A DNA stretch of 64,000 bases from Zygnema circumcarinatum SAG 698-1b (taxonomy: Eukaryota > Plantae > Zygnematophyceae). The translations under genes and the position numbers were made by a program. Where the stretch lies: NCBI GenBank assembly GCA_037447605.1, contig CM074809.1:2656689-2720688 (forward strand), given 5' to 3'. This document shows positions 26,995-39,118 of this stretch, piece after piece; position 1 is the stretch's first letter, and every line of letters starts with the position of its first letter. Below the pieces are notes generated by a model, which saw only the letters and a program-made list of their open reading frames with translations, ran no database searches and was not told where the DNA came from.

Positions 26995-28587
26995 ATGGCG
27001 CTGAGGGAGAAGCTTTTGGGGGCTTTGAGGACGCAGCAGTGGGAGCCGCTGCGCCATGGACGCTCTCTGCTGTCGGCTGTGGTATCGAGGAGGGGGCTGG
27101 CTGGTGAAGGGGGTCCAGATACGGTCAGTGTGTCCATGCATATGTTTGGTATATGCATGCTCTCTGGGAGATTTTGAGGATTTTCTGTTAGAAATCGAGG
27201 ATTTACGATCACCAGTGTATATTAGGATTCAGTTATTTAAGTTAAATATTTATAATCGACGTAATGTTTTTTGCGAAAAAGGACTGAACCGAGAGTCTAC
27301 ACGCCATCGCATGTGAACTTGGCGTGTTTCTCCAGGTGAATTATTTTTTGCACATCTGTAGTATAATTCTGAGTTGTATTGGTGAGCCGTGGTTTTTACG
27401 TGATGTTCAGAAGGAGGAAGTGAAAAATCGACCGGAACCGGATATGGGAAGCACCTTCCAGGAGGGCTCTGAAGGGAAGGCACAAGAAACAAAGGAGGCG
27501 GGATACGAGCGCGCTCGGGAGGACGGGGAAAAGATACGCCAAGTGAGTGGCGAGATGGAAGAAAATAAAATATTTTATGTCGACCACCATTCAGGGAAGC
27601 AAAAGAATGGAAAACCTTCAGCTCTCCAGCGTCATTGGTCTCTTGGCGTGTTCTGTTTGAAGGGCCTCGAGGGCCTTTTTGTCTTTCATCCGTTGTTTCT
27701 AAAAGGCATGAATAGGATTGACGACCTTCCCCTGAGCCGCAAAAATCTTGGGATTGGTGGCTGGTAATTTGTTCAGGCGGAAGGTGTAACAGGAACGGCA
27801 AAAGCTGCCGGCCACACTGCGGCTGACGCAGCCAGCGGAGTAAAGCAAGCTATGGGCAAAGTGGGCGAGATGGCGAAGGAAGCAGTAAATCGCGCAGCAG
27901 AAACTGCGTCGGGCATAGCCAAAAGCGCAGATGACAAGACCGAGGCAGCAGCATCTCCAGGCGAGACTGGTGAGGGAAGGACTACATAATTTAACCGTGC
28001 TGACGCCGAGTGCTCCATCACAGGGGATTGTAGTGACTGCGGGTATCATTCATTGAGACAATCAGTTCTATGAATGATGAATGGAAACTAATAATAAAAA
28101 GTTTGGTCGCTTATGGATATTGGAAGCGTAGTTGTGAAATATACCTCCGCTCCTAACTTGCAGTATCCAGCAGGGCTACTCTTCCGGCAGCTTGCAAACG
28201 CCCCCATGCCAGCTTATGTCAGCTTCATGTCACGTTCGGCGAGGAAGGTTGTGATGCATTCAGTATTGGCAAGTAAAGTCTGTGCTCGGTGTTAGCAAGC
28301 TCGGGCAATATACAAGGTCATATTGAGATGATCTTGATATCCTGCGAGATGAAGATGACACTTTGCATGGCCATTGACGAGCAGGCGTTTTTGGAGGAGG
28401 GGTTGGCAGCGGTTCATCCGACAAAGCCGGAGAAGTCGAATTGACGAGCGAGGATGGTGCTGTGCCGGTGGCGAAGGTTCCTCAAGGACCGCCACACTCG
28501 CATCATAAAATGGCAGGTGACAAGAAGCCAACTGGAAGCACTGGTTTTGCAAGCAGAATGCCTCGCGATCCTCCTATAATTGACTGA
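26995..28587 (+). CDS. LEA-like (group 3/LEA_4-type) hydrophilic protein with mitochondrial-type presequence
   Basis: Exons 26995-27123, 27411-27542, 27777-27969 and 28385-28587 join in phase. Arg/Leu/Ser-rich amphipathic N-terminus, then Ala/Lys/Glu-rich helical repeats (VKQAMGKVGEMAKEAVNRAAETASGIAK). The last exon is less certain. Confidence 0.65.
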
Positions 28588-28898
28588 GCGACTTTCTCGG
28601 ATAGGTCGCCTCTAGTTGTGGGCAATCCTTTTTCATTCGTACAATCATTAGACATACATGCGCACAGACAGAACTGATAATTGCACTTTGTTCCGAGCTT
28701 TCTCTCTTTTCCGACTTTCTCTCAAAAAGCTTATCGTCAGTTTGTGATGACATGCGATGTGTTGTGTATGCGACGTGAATTATCTAAAGTGGTTTCTGAA
28801 CGTGTGAACGTGCAAAAACTACTACACACTACTACTACTACTACTACTGTTACGACACAGAAAATCATCCTCATTGCAAATCACTTCCTTCTAGATTG

Positions 28899-29014
28899 CA
28901 ATCCAAAGGTGTAAAAGGAGAAGAGAGTGCACGAATTTGAAACGACGCTTATTATACAATCCAAAGGTGTAAAAGGAGAAGAGAGTGCACGAATTTGAAA
29001 CGACGCTTATTATA
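28899..29014. repeat. Perfect 58-bp tandem duplication
   Basis: CAATCCAAAGGTGTAAAAGG...CGACGCTTATTATA occurs twice back to back (28899-28956, 28957-29014). Confidence 0.9.
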
Positions 29015-29221
29015 CAAAAGGACATTGTTCGTGACATCGTGTTTGAGAAAAGCTCGACGTCAATCATTGAAAGCACGAATGGGGGACCCTCCAACGAGCC
29101 AGCTACGCCCTACACCGCACTTATAACTTGCTAAGTATAACTTCAACATTTGCTTATTCTGATCGTCGTTCTTTTCTTTCCACGGGAACTCGCTATACAT
29201 TGTCGGAATATGAAGGGGTTA

Positions 29222-32200
29222 CTATGTTCGAAACAAGAAATGGAGATCGTCTGTGGTCAGGCGAGTGCTTCTATCGGCCCCATCCTTTTCTCCGAAGGCA
29301 GAAGCCACCAAGACTCTTTTCTTTTCCTGAACATTCGAGCAGATACAAATTAGCGCCTTGATACAAAACGTTCTTAGGACCTCACACGAAAACGCAGAGC
29401 AGAGCATAGCAGGGATTTTCCACAAATAAATGACTGTCAAGCCCACCAGCCCACCTGCTACCTGCCCGCTCGCCTCCACAGCTGATACTTTTCAAGCAAA
29501 CGCAACTGGCACACGAGTGAGCATATTTTTTAACTTGGCTTTTCCAGGGAGGTTCAATACAAGTGCTGGTCGGGCCTTACCTGAAGCTCCAAGATCCTGT
29601 CTTCAATTGTGTTCCGAATCGCAAACCGCGAGACGTGTACAGTGCGCGTCTGCCCAATTCGGTGAGCACGGTCGATTGCCTGCTCCTCTGTTGCCGGGTT
29701 CCACCACACATCGAGCAGCAGCACATGGCAGGCAGCCACCATATTCAGGCCCAAGCTCGCAGCCTTTAGGGACATGATGATCACGTTCACCTGCATCCAG
29801 TCATAAGGAAATGAAGTTAAGCTACGGTCATTTACATGCCAATTAAGTTAGCAGGGTGGTCATAAAACACTTCCACATTCCTTCAATGACGACAAAACTA
29901 CTTCCTGCAGTAAGTTTAGAGGTAACACTTCGAACGAGAATCAAATGAGAAGTGTACTGCTCAGCAGTGGTGTTCTCGCCAGGCACCATTCTATGAAGTT
30001 CTCCTCCCTCACAACTCTCGCGTCCCTCTCTTGTCTGTGAAAGTTTGAATGCTTCCCTTCCCTAACACACAAACCAATTGCCGTGAACTTCAGGAGCAGA
30101 GTGCGTACAAGAGCCGTCCACATATGGCTAACTCACCTCCGGCCTTGTCTTAAAGTCAGTGATGGCCCTATCCCGTGCTTGAATGGACATGGTGCCATCC
30201 AGTCTCGAGTAACCAAACCCTGCTCGCTTCAATGCCGGCTCCAAAAGATTGAGCATACTTGTCCATTGTGAAAAAACGATCGCCTTCTCTCTCACTTCTA
30301 CATACTGCCGCTTCCTTCCACTGTCTGGAACGACGATCGGTTTACAGTCCCAATTCGTCTCAGCATCTTTCCAGTTGTCGCTTCCAAATTCGTCTGCCTG
30401 CAACTTCTTCTCATCTACTCTTCTCACCATTCTCCCGTCTTCAATTTCCACAGCCATTTTTGGAAGGTTGGTGAGCGTTTGTAACACAGCTTGTATCTTG
30501 GATGACGTCAAAAAATCGCTTCCCTTCATTGCCCCACCTGGTCGAACGTTCTTCACATCCCGGTCACCCATGGTCGGATTTTCATACTCTCTCCCACCCG
30601 AAAGAGAACTCAACCCACATTCCAACTCTTGCTTCACTTTCGCTGCACCTCCCAGACCACTTCCAGGCTCTGCCATTCGGCATCCTGTCCCCCCAAAACC
30701 TGCCTTTTCTAATTTCCGTGCAGTGGTAGACTGCAGCAGACACGCTCGCAGTACTGAGGGGGCGTGAACATCAGAAGGAGAGAGAGGCCGCCGGCAGGCT
30801 GGGCAGAGGCTCGGGACAGGGTCGGCACAGGGCCACCTCTCGGCAGCGCACTGCCGACAGAATACATGCGAGCATACACTCACAACGGGGTCCTCTGCAG
30901 CATCCTGAAACAATAAATAATAAATGATAAGAAACAGCTTGCAAGAGCCGAAGCAGTCCCCAAGGCATAGAGAGGATATCATGTCAGCTTTTCATGTGAC
31001 ATTCGTCACATGCTGTTTCACAAAAAGGTTTTCTCTATGCAATCCAATTCAACGACAACGATGCAGAGCAGTGTATCTTATACCTCGCATATGGCGCAGA
31101 TCCCACAGTCCCTTTTCACCATGCTCAGCAACCTTTCTATTTCGTGTATCGGAAGCTTGCGTGCAGCTTGCAGAACCTCCTCACTTGCTCCCTCTCCCTC
31201 CTCCCCCCTCAGGGATGACGACCGACGTTTCACCAGAGCGGGATGGTCACATGCTTGCCGCAACTGCAGCAGCAGCACGAGAATGTTGACATAATTGCTT
31301 TGGACAGTGCCTGCTTTGGCGTAATCCTGCGAGAAGCGAGTGGCAGATGACAACCATAACTCGCATCAGTATCGGTTGAAACTGACTAGAACTGGCAGCG
31401 TTGAACTAGTCAAGATACTATAAGGCCAAACAGCTCTCTACTTCTGTTGTATCCGAGTAATGCAAGCACCAATACCACCAATACTACGAGAGTGGCAGCA
31501 CTTCAACGTTATGTCCGTGCATGATGTCAGCCATCTTGCAAAACATTGGTAATGTTAATGCCGACGGTCAAGTTTCAAATTCAGTGCAATTTCGCGAACC
31601 AATTGAGATTCCGGTCCGCCATGGCAAACAGTGGATGAGATTTATGGCATCAACTCACTGCCCCTGGGAGGGAATTGAGACAGATTGCAATAGTGTGTTA
31701 CCAACAACCACCACGTATGACTATCAATTCTTTTGAAGAAATCGAGTTTCCCACGGTTGGGGAAAATGCAACAACTATTTCCAGCGCATGGCTGCTTGCA
31801 GCCCGCCATTGTCATTCCCATCATTGCAATTGTAGTGCGAACAAAGTGAGATGGCAGTTAATGTACAAGCCAGAATATTGGATACATTAAAACCCTCCGC
31901 ACATCACAGAACGTCGAGAGAACGAGAAGAAGCATCTTTACATGACCCACCTTAAACTGTTCCCTGGAAGACTCTTCCAAGTTCGTGTAGAATGCACGCT
32001 CTGCAGGAGAGAAGTCGGTTTGCTGGAGTGTCACAATTCTCCCGGGCAAATTTATGATCGGTTTTCCGTCGATTTTAGTGGCTGTTGCAGCATGTAATCA
32101 ATTTCAACAGAAAATCACACCGCGAAACATGATGAGTTTATGAATGGGAATCTATCACTCCAAACTAGCCTTCCTCGTAATCTTTTGGTTTTAAACCACA

Positions 32201-35200
32201 ACCACCGGTCTAGAGAATATAAAGAAACGAGAAAAAAACCTACAGATACTTTAGGCAGCCCTTGGCCTGCAAGGTTTGAGGAGGATGAAGATTTCAACCT
32301 TTGGTGCGCCGCAGCATGACTGCCTGCAAAATACTTTGCAACTTCTTCCATCCGGTAGTCGGATTGCGGACAATGGCATCCTTCACTTGGGAGCGGAAAG
32401 CAGAATATTCGTCAAACGGGTGCCATCTCAGGAAGCGGAAGTAGCTGTAGAGATCATCGACGGAGTTTTGAATTGGAGTTCCCGACAAACACCATCTCCT
32501 CTTTGCACGCAGCCCCCAACATGCTCGAGCCACCTGTTCTTCCCATGGAAAGAACATAAGAGACCTACGTCGAGAAGTTTTTTACAAGGTTATCATTGCA
32601 TGCTGTGCAGCGCCGAACTGAAAATGGCAAGGGCAGTCACTTCCATTTTACAGTTCTTGCAGAAACTACATTGAACACGATAATCCTCGCTCAGCAATCG
32701 GTTGATTAGGAAAACCCTCACTGCATATGGGCTTCTCAGCTGCTGCTATCCACACACGGCCCATACGCAACCCCTAACAAGGGTGTAAAATGGAATGTCT
32801 CTTGACAACCTTTTGACGGGCAAAAGCCAACATAGAAAGTTTGAGCTGTGCTATTGACATTGCTCAATCCGCAGTTCAAAAAGACCCAAAACGATGCAAT
32901 AGTCAAGTCAACCATACTTCACTCAAGCCCTCACATCTCTTCAAGAGGAGTTCCACAGTTCGATATCATACAAAACCGCGACTTAAACCAGCTTGCCATC
33001 CTTCCATCCTTGCCAGCTTTCCGATACTTCTCAACCACACCGTTACTCCATAAACGGAACACGCAGAGTGCACTGCAAGCCTCCTAGCGAGGCAAATACA
33101 CACATATATATATATACTTATATATACGATTCCGCCTGCCCCTGCTCTACCAGCGAGGTCCCAAGCGCAGCCCGCAGCCCACCTGCGTGCTCCGATTCTT
33201 GATGCTCTGCGCCTCGTCCAGCACCACCCGAAACCACGCGCACCGAGCGAGGGGCCCTGCGCCGGGGGACAACAGGGCCTCCTCGCCCTCATCGCCATCC
33301 TCGGCCTTCCTCTTGGGCCGCCCTCGTCCTCGACCTTTCTGGGATTTGCTTCCCTTCCTCTGTCCACTTCCACCTGCACTGCTTGAAGTTTGGCTGCTCA
33401 ATATGACACCTCCAGTGGAGGATAACCCAACTGACTTTTTCCCTTCTTCCTTCTCCGTTGGAGGTTTTGGCACCTCCATGGTGACAATGGCATAGGTTGT
33501 TAGCACTACGCCATAGCTTGCCAACTCCTCGGGGTCCTTGATTCTGTTTGATCCATGATAAACCAGAACGGAAAGACGGGCTTCATCTTCCACTTTCTCC
33601 TTTAATTCTGCAGCCCATTGTCGAAGAACGCTTGTAGGACAAACCACTAAGGTTCCCGCAGAAGCTCTTCCTGAGTTTCTGCCAACCCTTTTCCCTGCCC
33701 TCCTGCCCTCAAAGGCGGGTGGATTGCAGGTATTCTTCCCTGCTCCACTGCTTGATGTATGACAGCCATCCTTTCCTCCGTGAAACTCACCACACTGCGA
33801 TGGAGAACACGGAACCATTGCCCCATTTTCCCCATTCATACTTCGTGCGTGATTCTGTTTTTCATCATCATCCAGCAGGTCTACGAATCCAACAGCAGCC
33901 CCTCTGCTGCTGCTAGGGACAGACTCCCCCCCTCTCCTTTTCTTCGATTCCTTTACAAGACTCGGCCCTTCTACTTCATCATCCTCCAGGTTCACTGTCG
34001 CATGGGAGGCTTTGGAAGAAAGAAGCCGCAAATCATTTTGTGACGAATCACTGTTTGGCGAGCGGGCTTTCAATATGAGTGATATTGTTGTAACGGTTTT
34101 TCCAAGGCCCTGAACAACACAACAGCCAGGGGAAGCAGCTTAAGTCAGGAACATTTGCACAACATCATCATCACCATCACCACCATCATCGTCACCTTCA
34201 TCATCAGCAGCAGCAGGTGCACCATTGCCATCATAATCAGCACGCCACATCTGTCATCATCGTCATCACAACATAATCTATTTAAAGCCTCCGAGACAGC
34301 TTCACCGTCCATCAGGAAAGGAACCTGCATATATTAATTCACTGCTTTCGAAAAAAGCTGTTTGACTTTCTTAGGGGACATAGCAACTTGGCCGTCCTGA
34401 TTTTACTATCAGGATGAGGCCACCAATAAGACACCGGTCGTGTCCGTTTCCTATTTTTCACTCTCATTTCTTCAATGCAAGTGAGCCTTCATTGCGATAA
34501 TCCCGCCCTGTTGTCGCATATCTCGTTTATAGCCTGCACTAGACACTTTTCTGCTCTGAAGCCAATTGGATCCTTTCTTTAATCATTACCCCACTTATTT
34601 CACGAAAGGTCTGCGCACTTTTGAATACTTGTTTGCCTCGTTGGCCAATTCCTACCATAGCACACACAGTATCCTCATAACAGTATCACTAAAGTGAGTG
34701 GAAGTCCTGGACAGAACAAAAGGCCATGGTGTTCAACCGTGCAGCTTAGAAATACGCCTGCAAGGGTCTTCGGTAAGCACTTTAAAGTGGGGAATACTGT
34801 ACTGTACTGCAGCAACATGGAGACAAGCTCCCCCCTAACGGAGGCACTAAAAAAAAATTGAAGTAAAGTCGGTTCATCCAAATCACCTGATCATCAGCCA
34901 AAATACCACCCGCTGGATACGAGCTCTCCCTCTTTGTCATCCAGGCGAGAGCCAACCTCTGCTCCCCTCTCCCCCCCNNNNNNNNNNCCCCCCCCCCCCC
35001 CCCCCCCCCCCCCCAAACATCCACCAATCCCAAACCATCCAGCTTATCTGATCAGGAAAAAGAAACAGACCTCACAGTTTTTACAGGACCTCCGTTGGCT
35101 AACTTGAAAAATAATGTTGACAGATTCAGAGTCGGTCTGCTTGGTTTCAGACAGAGAACCGCTGTGTGCCTGTATCCAGCAGTACACATTGTGCAAGCAA

Positions 35201-36640
35201 AAACAAACAACAGAGATTGGACGCAGCTTACTTGGAAACATAGTGGCAGAGGGCCATGGTAAAGCCTACCTGATGTTTGAGAAGAGGCATTCTAAGCAGT
35301 CCGTCAGGAACATTCACCTCCTCACGCAGCTGACCCATTTGCAAACCCTGCAATTCCGCCAAAGCAAAACACGCTCAATGTCTTACACCAAAAGCAGGAA
35401 GCAATGAGATGACAACCACAAAACAAAATCTTGAAATTAAGGGCATAAACTTCGAAAACGAAAAAATAAATGCCACTCTGAGTAGGTTTGACTTTACGTG
35501 TGCCTGGTCAACCCAACACAATGCTGTTAATGTTCTAAGCAAAAGTAACCTGCATCCTTTCTCAGTCGAAATATTTGCATCCGAAAATTATTAACTTTCG
35601 AAAGCACTTTCATGCACGTGGCCATGTACTGCCTTGAGAGCTCAGAAAACGGAACATCCCTTCTCATCCTACATTTGTGACTTTCTCACCTCCAGGACTC
35701 CCCTCAACGCCAAGGATGTTTGTTCATCCGGCTCATAGCCAGCTCCCCCCCCCACTCCATGTCCAGATCCCACAACAGCCCCATATCCTGCTCTGATCGC
35801 ATGCAGCGAGCCCGGTGCGAATCCTCCAGGAAGCATTCTTGTGGAGGCATCTGATGAGGTATGTGGATGTGACAGAACAATTGCAGGAGGCAAAACCCTT
35901 CCGTTGCTGACGTGGTAAGGCCCTGACCCTTCAGCTTGTGTCACTTCATTTACAGTAACACTTTGAGAAACCAAACGATGTTGCTGCTTCTGGCTGTTGC
36001 CAACGGAAGGAGATGAAATGGCAGAGAAGAGGTGCTTTGCCTGTTCAAACAAAGATGGTTCTGAAGCGTTGAATGCTCTAGGAGGTCCAGCAGGATGAGT
36101 CATCTTATTGACACTTGTAAACTGATCGCTTGATCCACCTCCTGTGGACTTGCCCAAAACTGTTGAACCAAGTGAACTAGCAAGCCTCAAAGAATCGCTT
36201 TGCAGTCCAAAAGCTTGCGATAATTCTTGTAGGCGCTTGTGCAAGCCCGAGTCAGGCATGGGTTTCAGGTTGGGGAGAGTTCGACCAAGTGACGCTTGCC
36301 CTTTCAAAAAGCTGTCATTAGCGAAGCTTTGCCCAAAAGCAGCAACATCCGCGGCCCCCGTATGCGGCTGTTTTGCATGCATCTCTGCTGCGTCAGCCCA
36401 GATGGGCAGTTTTCTCTTTCCCAGTGCCGTCATATTCACGTCTTCTGGTTTGACAGATCCACCGGTAGACTGTACACCCAGTTGTACCCCAGCTCCATTT
36501 CCATCGGCATCCCCAAAGCCTTTCCTCTCGCATTCCACCTCGCTGTCTGAATCGGAGAGCTCAACGACTGGACACGAGGAAACAATTGCTTTCTTCTTTA
36601 AGGGCAATACACCCTCCTTTCGTGAATCTTCAACCTGCAT
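29222..36640 (-). CDS. SNF2-family helicase with internal C3HC4 RING (RAD5/RAD16-like; resembles plant CHR27/CHR28 = FRG1/2); 5' end provisional
   Basis: Exons ~36640-35690, 35347-35270, 34958-34887, 34109-33183, 32533-32299, 32081-31951, 31326-31084, 30904-30137, 29790-29581, 29326-29222. Motifs: [104 protein letters not shown]. Confidence 0.93.
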
Positions 36641-37359
36641 CTCCAAAACTGTATACTACAAGTAATGACAGCGATGGAGTCTATTACGCACAATACTTAC
36701 AGAAAGGCTTCAATTACATGAATGCTTGTTCTGTTTGTGGAATAAAGACATGAATTTATGGAAGATACAGATATTCTCGTGCCCTCCATGAAGTCTCTCC
36801 GCCAAGTAACTTAATGCCTTAATTTTATTACACAGAATGAAAAGGCTTATGTTCAAAGGACACCCTAGAACTCCTTAACCATAAGCCTGCTCCCGAAAGT
36901 TTATGAAACGAAAATGTTTCCATTGGCATTAAAAAATCAGAACCGCCATCATCCTGCCACTCGCCCAGCAACAGAAATCAAGTTTCCACGCACTCCCCGC
37001 AGCACCTTGCATGTTCGATACAGCTCCTTCACCGCTCTGCATCCGCCCCCATTGTCCTGCGCCACGACTTGCCTGCAGCTTCCCCCGCCCCAGCTTACGT
37101 GCCATCCGCTCGCCCTCAGCAACCCTAATTCCGCGGCCTCTCGCCCGACGCCCTGCTCTCGCTCTCAGCCCGCCAGCCAGTCCGCATGCGCCGACGGGTT
37201 CCATGCTCCAGTTTCGAGCATGGACCGCGGGGTGTACGGTTTCGTACGATACGGATATAACGGTAACACGGCAGTGACGGACGGCACGCGTCCCCTGGCC
37301 GGCCTCGCCGCAGCTGGCGCCGCCCGCACGTGCGGACGGACGGACGGACGGACGGGTCC

Positions 37360-37727
37360 GAGCGAGTCCGAGGTCTGGTTAGGAACCGGATTCGGGCTGG
37401 TTCGGTTTGCGGCTTGGAAAGAGCGAGTCCGAGGTCTGGTTAGAAACCGGAGTCGGGCTGGTTCGGTTTGCAGCTTGGAAAGAGCGAGTCCGAGGTCTGG
37501 CTAGAAACCGGAGTCGGGCTGGTTCGGTTTGCGGCTTGGAAAGAGCGAGTCCGAGGTCTGGTTAGAAACCGGAGTCGGGCTGGTTCGGTTTGCGGCTTGG
37601 AAAGAGCGAGTCCGAGGTCTGGCTAGAAACCGGAGTCGGGCTGGTTCGGTTTGCGGCTTGGAAAGAGCGAGTCCGAGGTCTGGTTAGAAACCGGAGTCGG
37701 GCTGGTTCGGTTTGCGGCTTGGAAAGA
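37360..37727. repeat. Tandem array, six copies of a 61-bp unit
   Basis: GAGCGAGTCCGAGGTCTGG(T/C)TAGAAACCGGAGTCGGGCTGGTTCGGTTTGCGGCTTGGAAA starts at 37360, 37421, 37482, 37543, 37604 and 37665. Confidence 0.95.
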
Positions 37728-37783
37728 AACGGGCGGGCCACGCCAGCGGACCGGGCCCCGGGCCGGGCAGGCAGCGGCAACTT

Positions 37784-37948
37784 GGGGTCAGACTTAGCGC
37801 GGAGAGTACAAAATTCCCGAATTCAGTACAGTATACGAAAAGTCACTTTTTTCGTGTACCTAGCCGTACTGAAATGTGCACCTAGCCAATGCGAAATACG
37901 CCCGGCAGGCTTACGAAATTGATTTGACCATGTTTTAAGTCTGACCCC
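37784..37948. mobile_element. Short MITE with GGGG(A)GTCAGAC termini
   Basis: 13-bp TIR GGGGTCAGACTTA. The internal sequence (TTACGAAATTGATTTG, CCGTACTGAAATG..ACCTAGCCAATG) is homologous to the copies at 58935-59436. No TSD seen. Confidence 0.65.
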
Positions 37949-38019
37949 CCCCCTATTTTCGGGATTTTCGGGATTTTCGGGACACTTTCTTGTACCTTTC
38001 TGTGCCTTTTGGTACAGTA

Positions 38020-38566
38020 CAGGGGGTCCTCGTCATATTTTCCACCTTCAACAGTGCGTCACCGATAAATTCGCACCGATTTTGCCGAAACCACCTTTTT
38101 GTACCGTAACTGTGTGTTAGCCGTACTATTCGTACTATCCGTACCCTACAAACCCTAAAACCCTAAACATTCGTACTATTCGTACCAACCGTACTATTCG
38201 TACTGTCCGTACTATTCGTACTAGCTGTACTAGCCGTTACGGGCTTACGCAAAACTTCACCTAATTTCCCCGCACGAGCCGCCGTAAGAGGCGCTCGCTC
38301 TTCTCCCCTTGTTTTTGGCTTCGATACGATGTGATACGATACGATACGTCCCAATACGGTACTATCCGTACTAGACGTACGAGCTATAGTAGCCGATATG
38401 GTACGATGCGGTACGATATGAAAATAAACGATACGATACGTACGGACATACATGAACACTAACATAATTCCGCTCGCCTATTGGTAACACAGATCTTCTA
38501 TTAAAAAACAATATTTTCGCCCGGTATTTGCCGAAACCAGGTGGAAAATATGACGAGGACCCCCTG
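38020..38566. mobile_element. Tc1/mariner (pogo-like) MITE, 547 bp
   Basis: Perfect TIR CAGGGGGTCCTCGTCATATTTTCCACCT flanked by TA on both sides (38018-19, 38567-68). Interior consists of degenerate CGTACTA/CGATA repeats. Confidence 0.85.
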
Positions 38567-39118
38567 TACGTTTTCATACTTTATTTTGTACTTTTAGGTG
38601 CTCTTTTTTTACTTTTGGACGTAGTTTTTGTCGTAGTAGCATTCGAAGACAATTTTTCTAGGAGAAATAAGACCCCCCCCCCCCCGATAAGACAGTAGAA
38701 CTGGAGCCTCTGTCTCTCTCATTATCATCCATCTCATCTTTGTGGGCCTTCCCTTTCTTAGACATGTTCAGCAATCACAAACATTCAATGCACAGCACAC
38801 TTATCCCCAAAAGCTTTATTTCCAAAGATGAACAAGAGCTCAAGCATCAAATGCTTCCCTCAAAGCTCAGGTTGACAAAGACACACAAAACACGAGCCTT
38901 ATATCTGTCCTTCCTAAAACCTCGCCGCCAAAATGCATAACATGATGAACAACACGAACCATACGATCAAAGGTCTTGGGATTCACACTACTTCCTAAGC
39001 ACTCAACACGTGTTACTCGGCTCGTACAATTCTGTACATAATATCCAAACAAACGTTCCGTACGGCTCTATGTACGATTGTACGGATCTCAACAATCCCC
39101 CTCTGATCCGTGCAATCG

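Noticed and set aside
34978-34987. N-runs here and at 53116-53125
   Set aside because: 10-N assembly gap placeholders next to homopolymers or repeats; not biological, and distances across them are unreliable.
37360-37727. CRISPR-like appearance of the 61-bp array (and of the palindrome array at 4271-4658)
   Set aside because: Units are contiguous near-identical repeats with no unique spacers, and there are no cas genes in this eukaryotic context.
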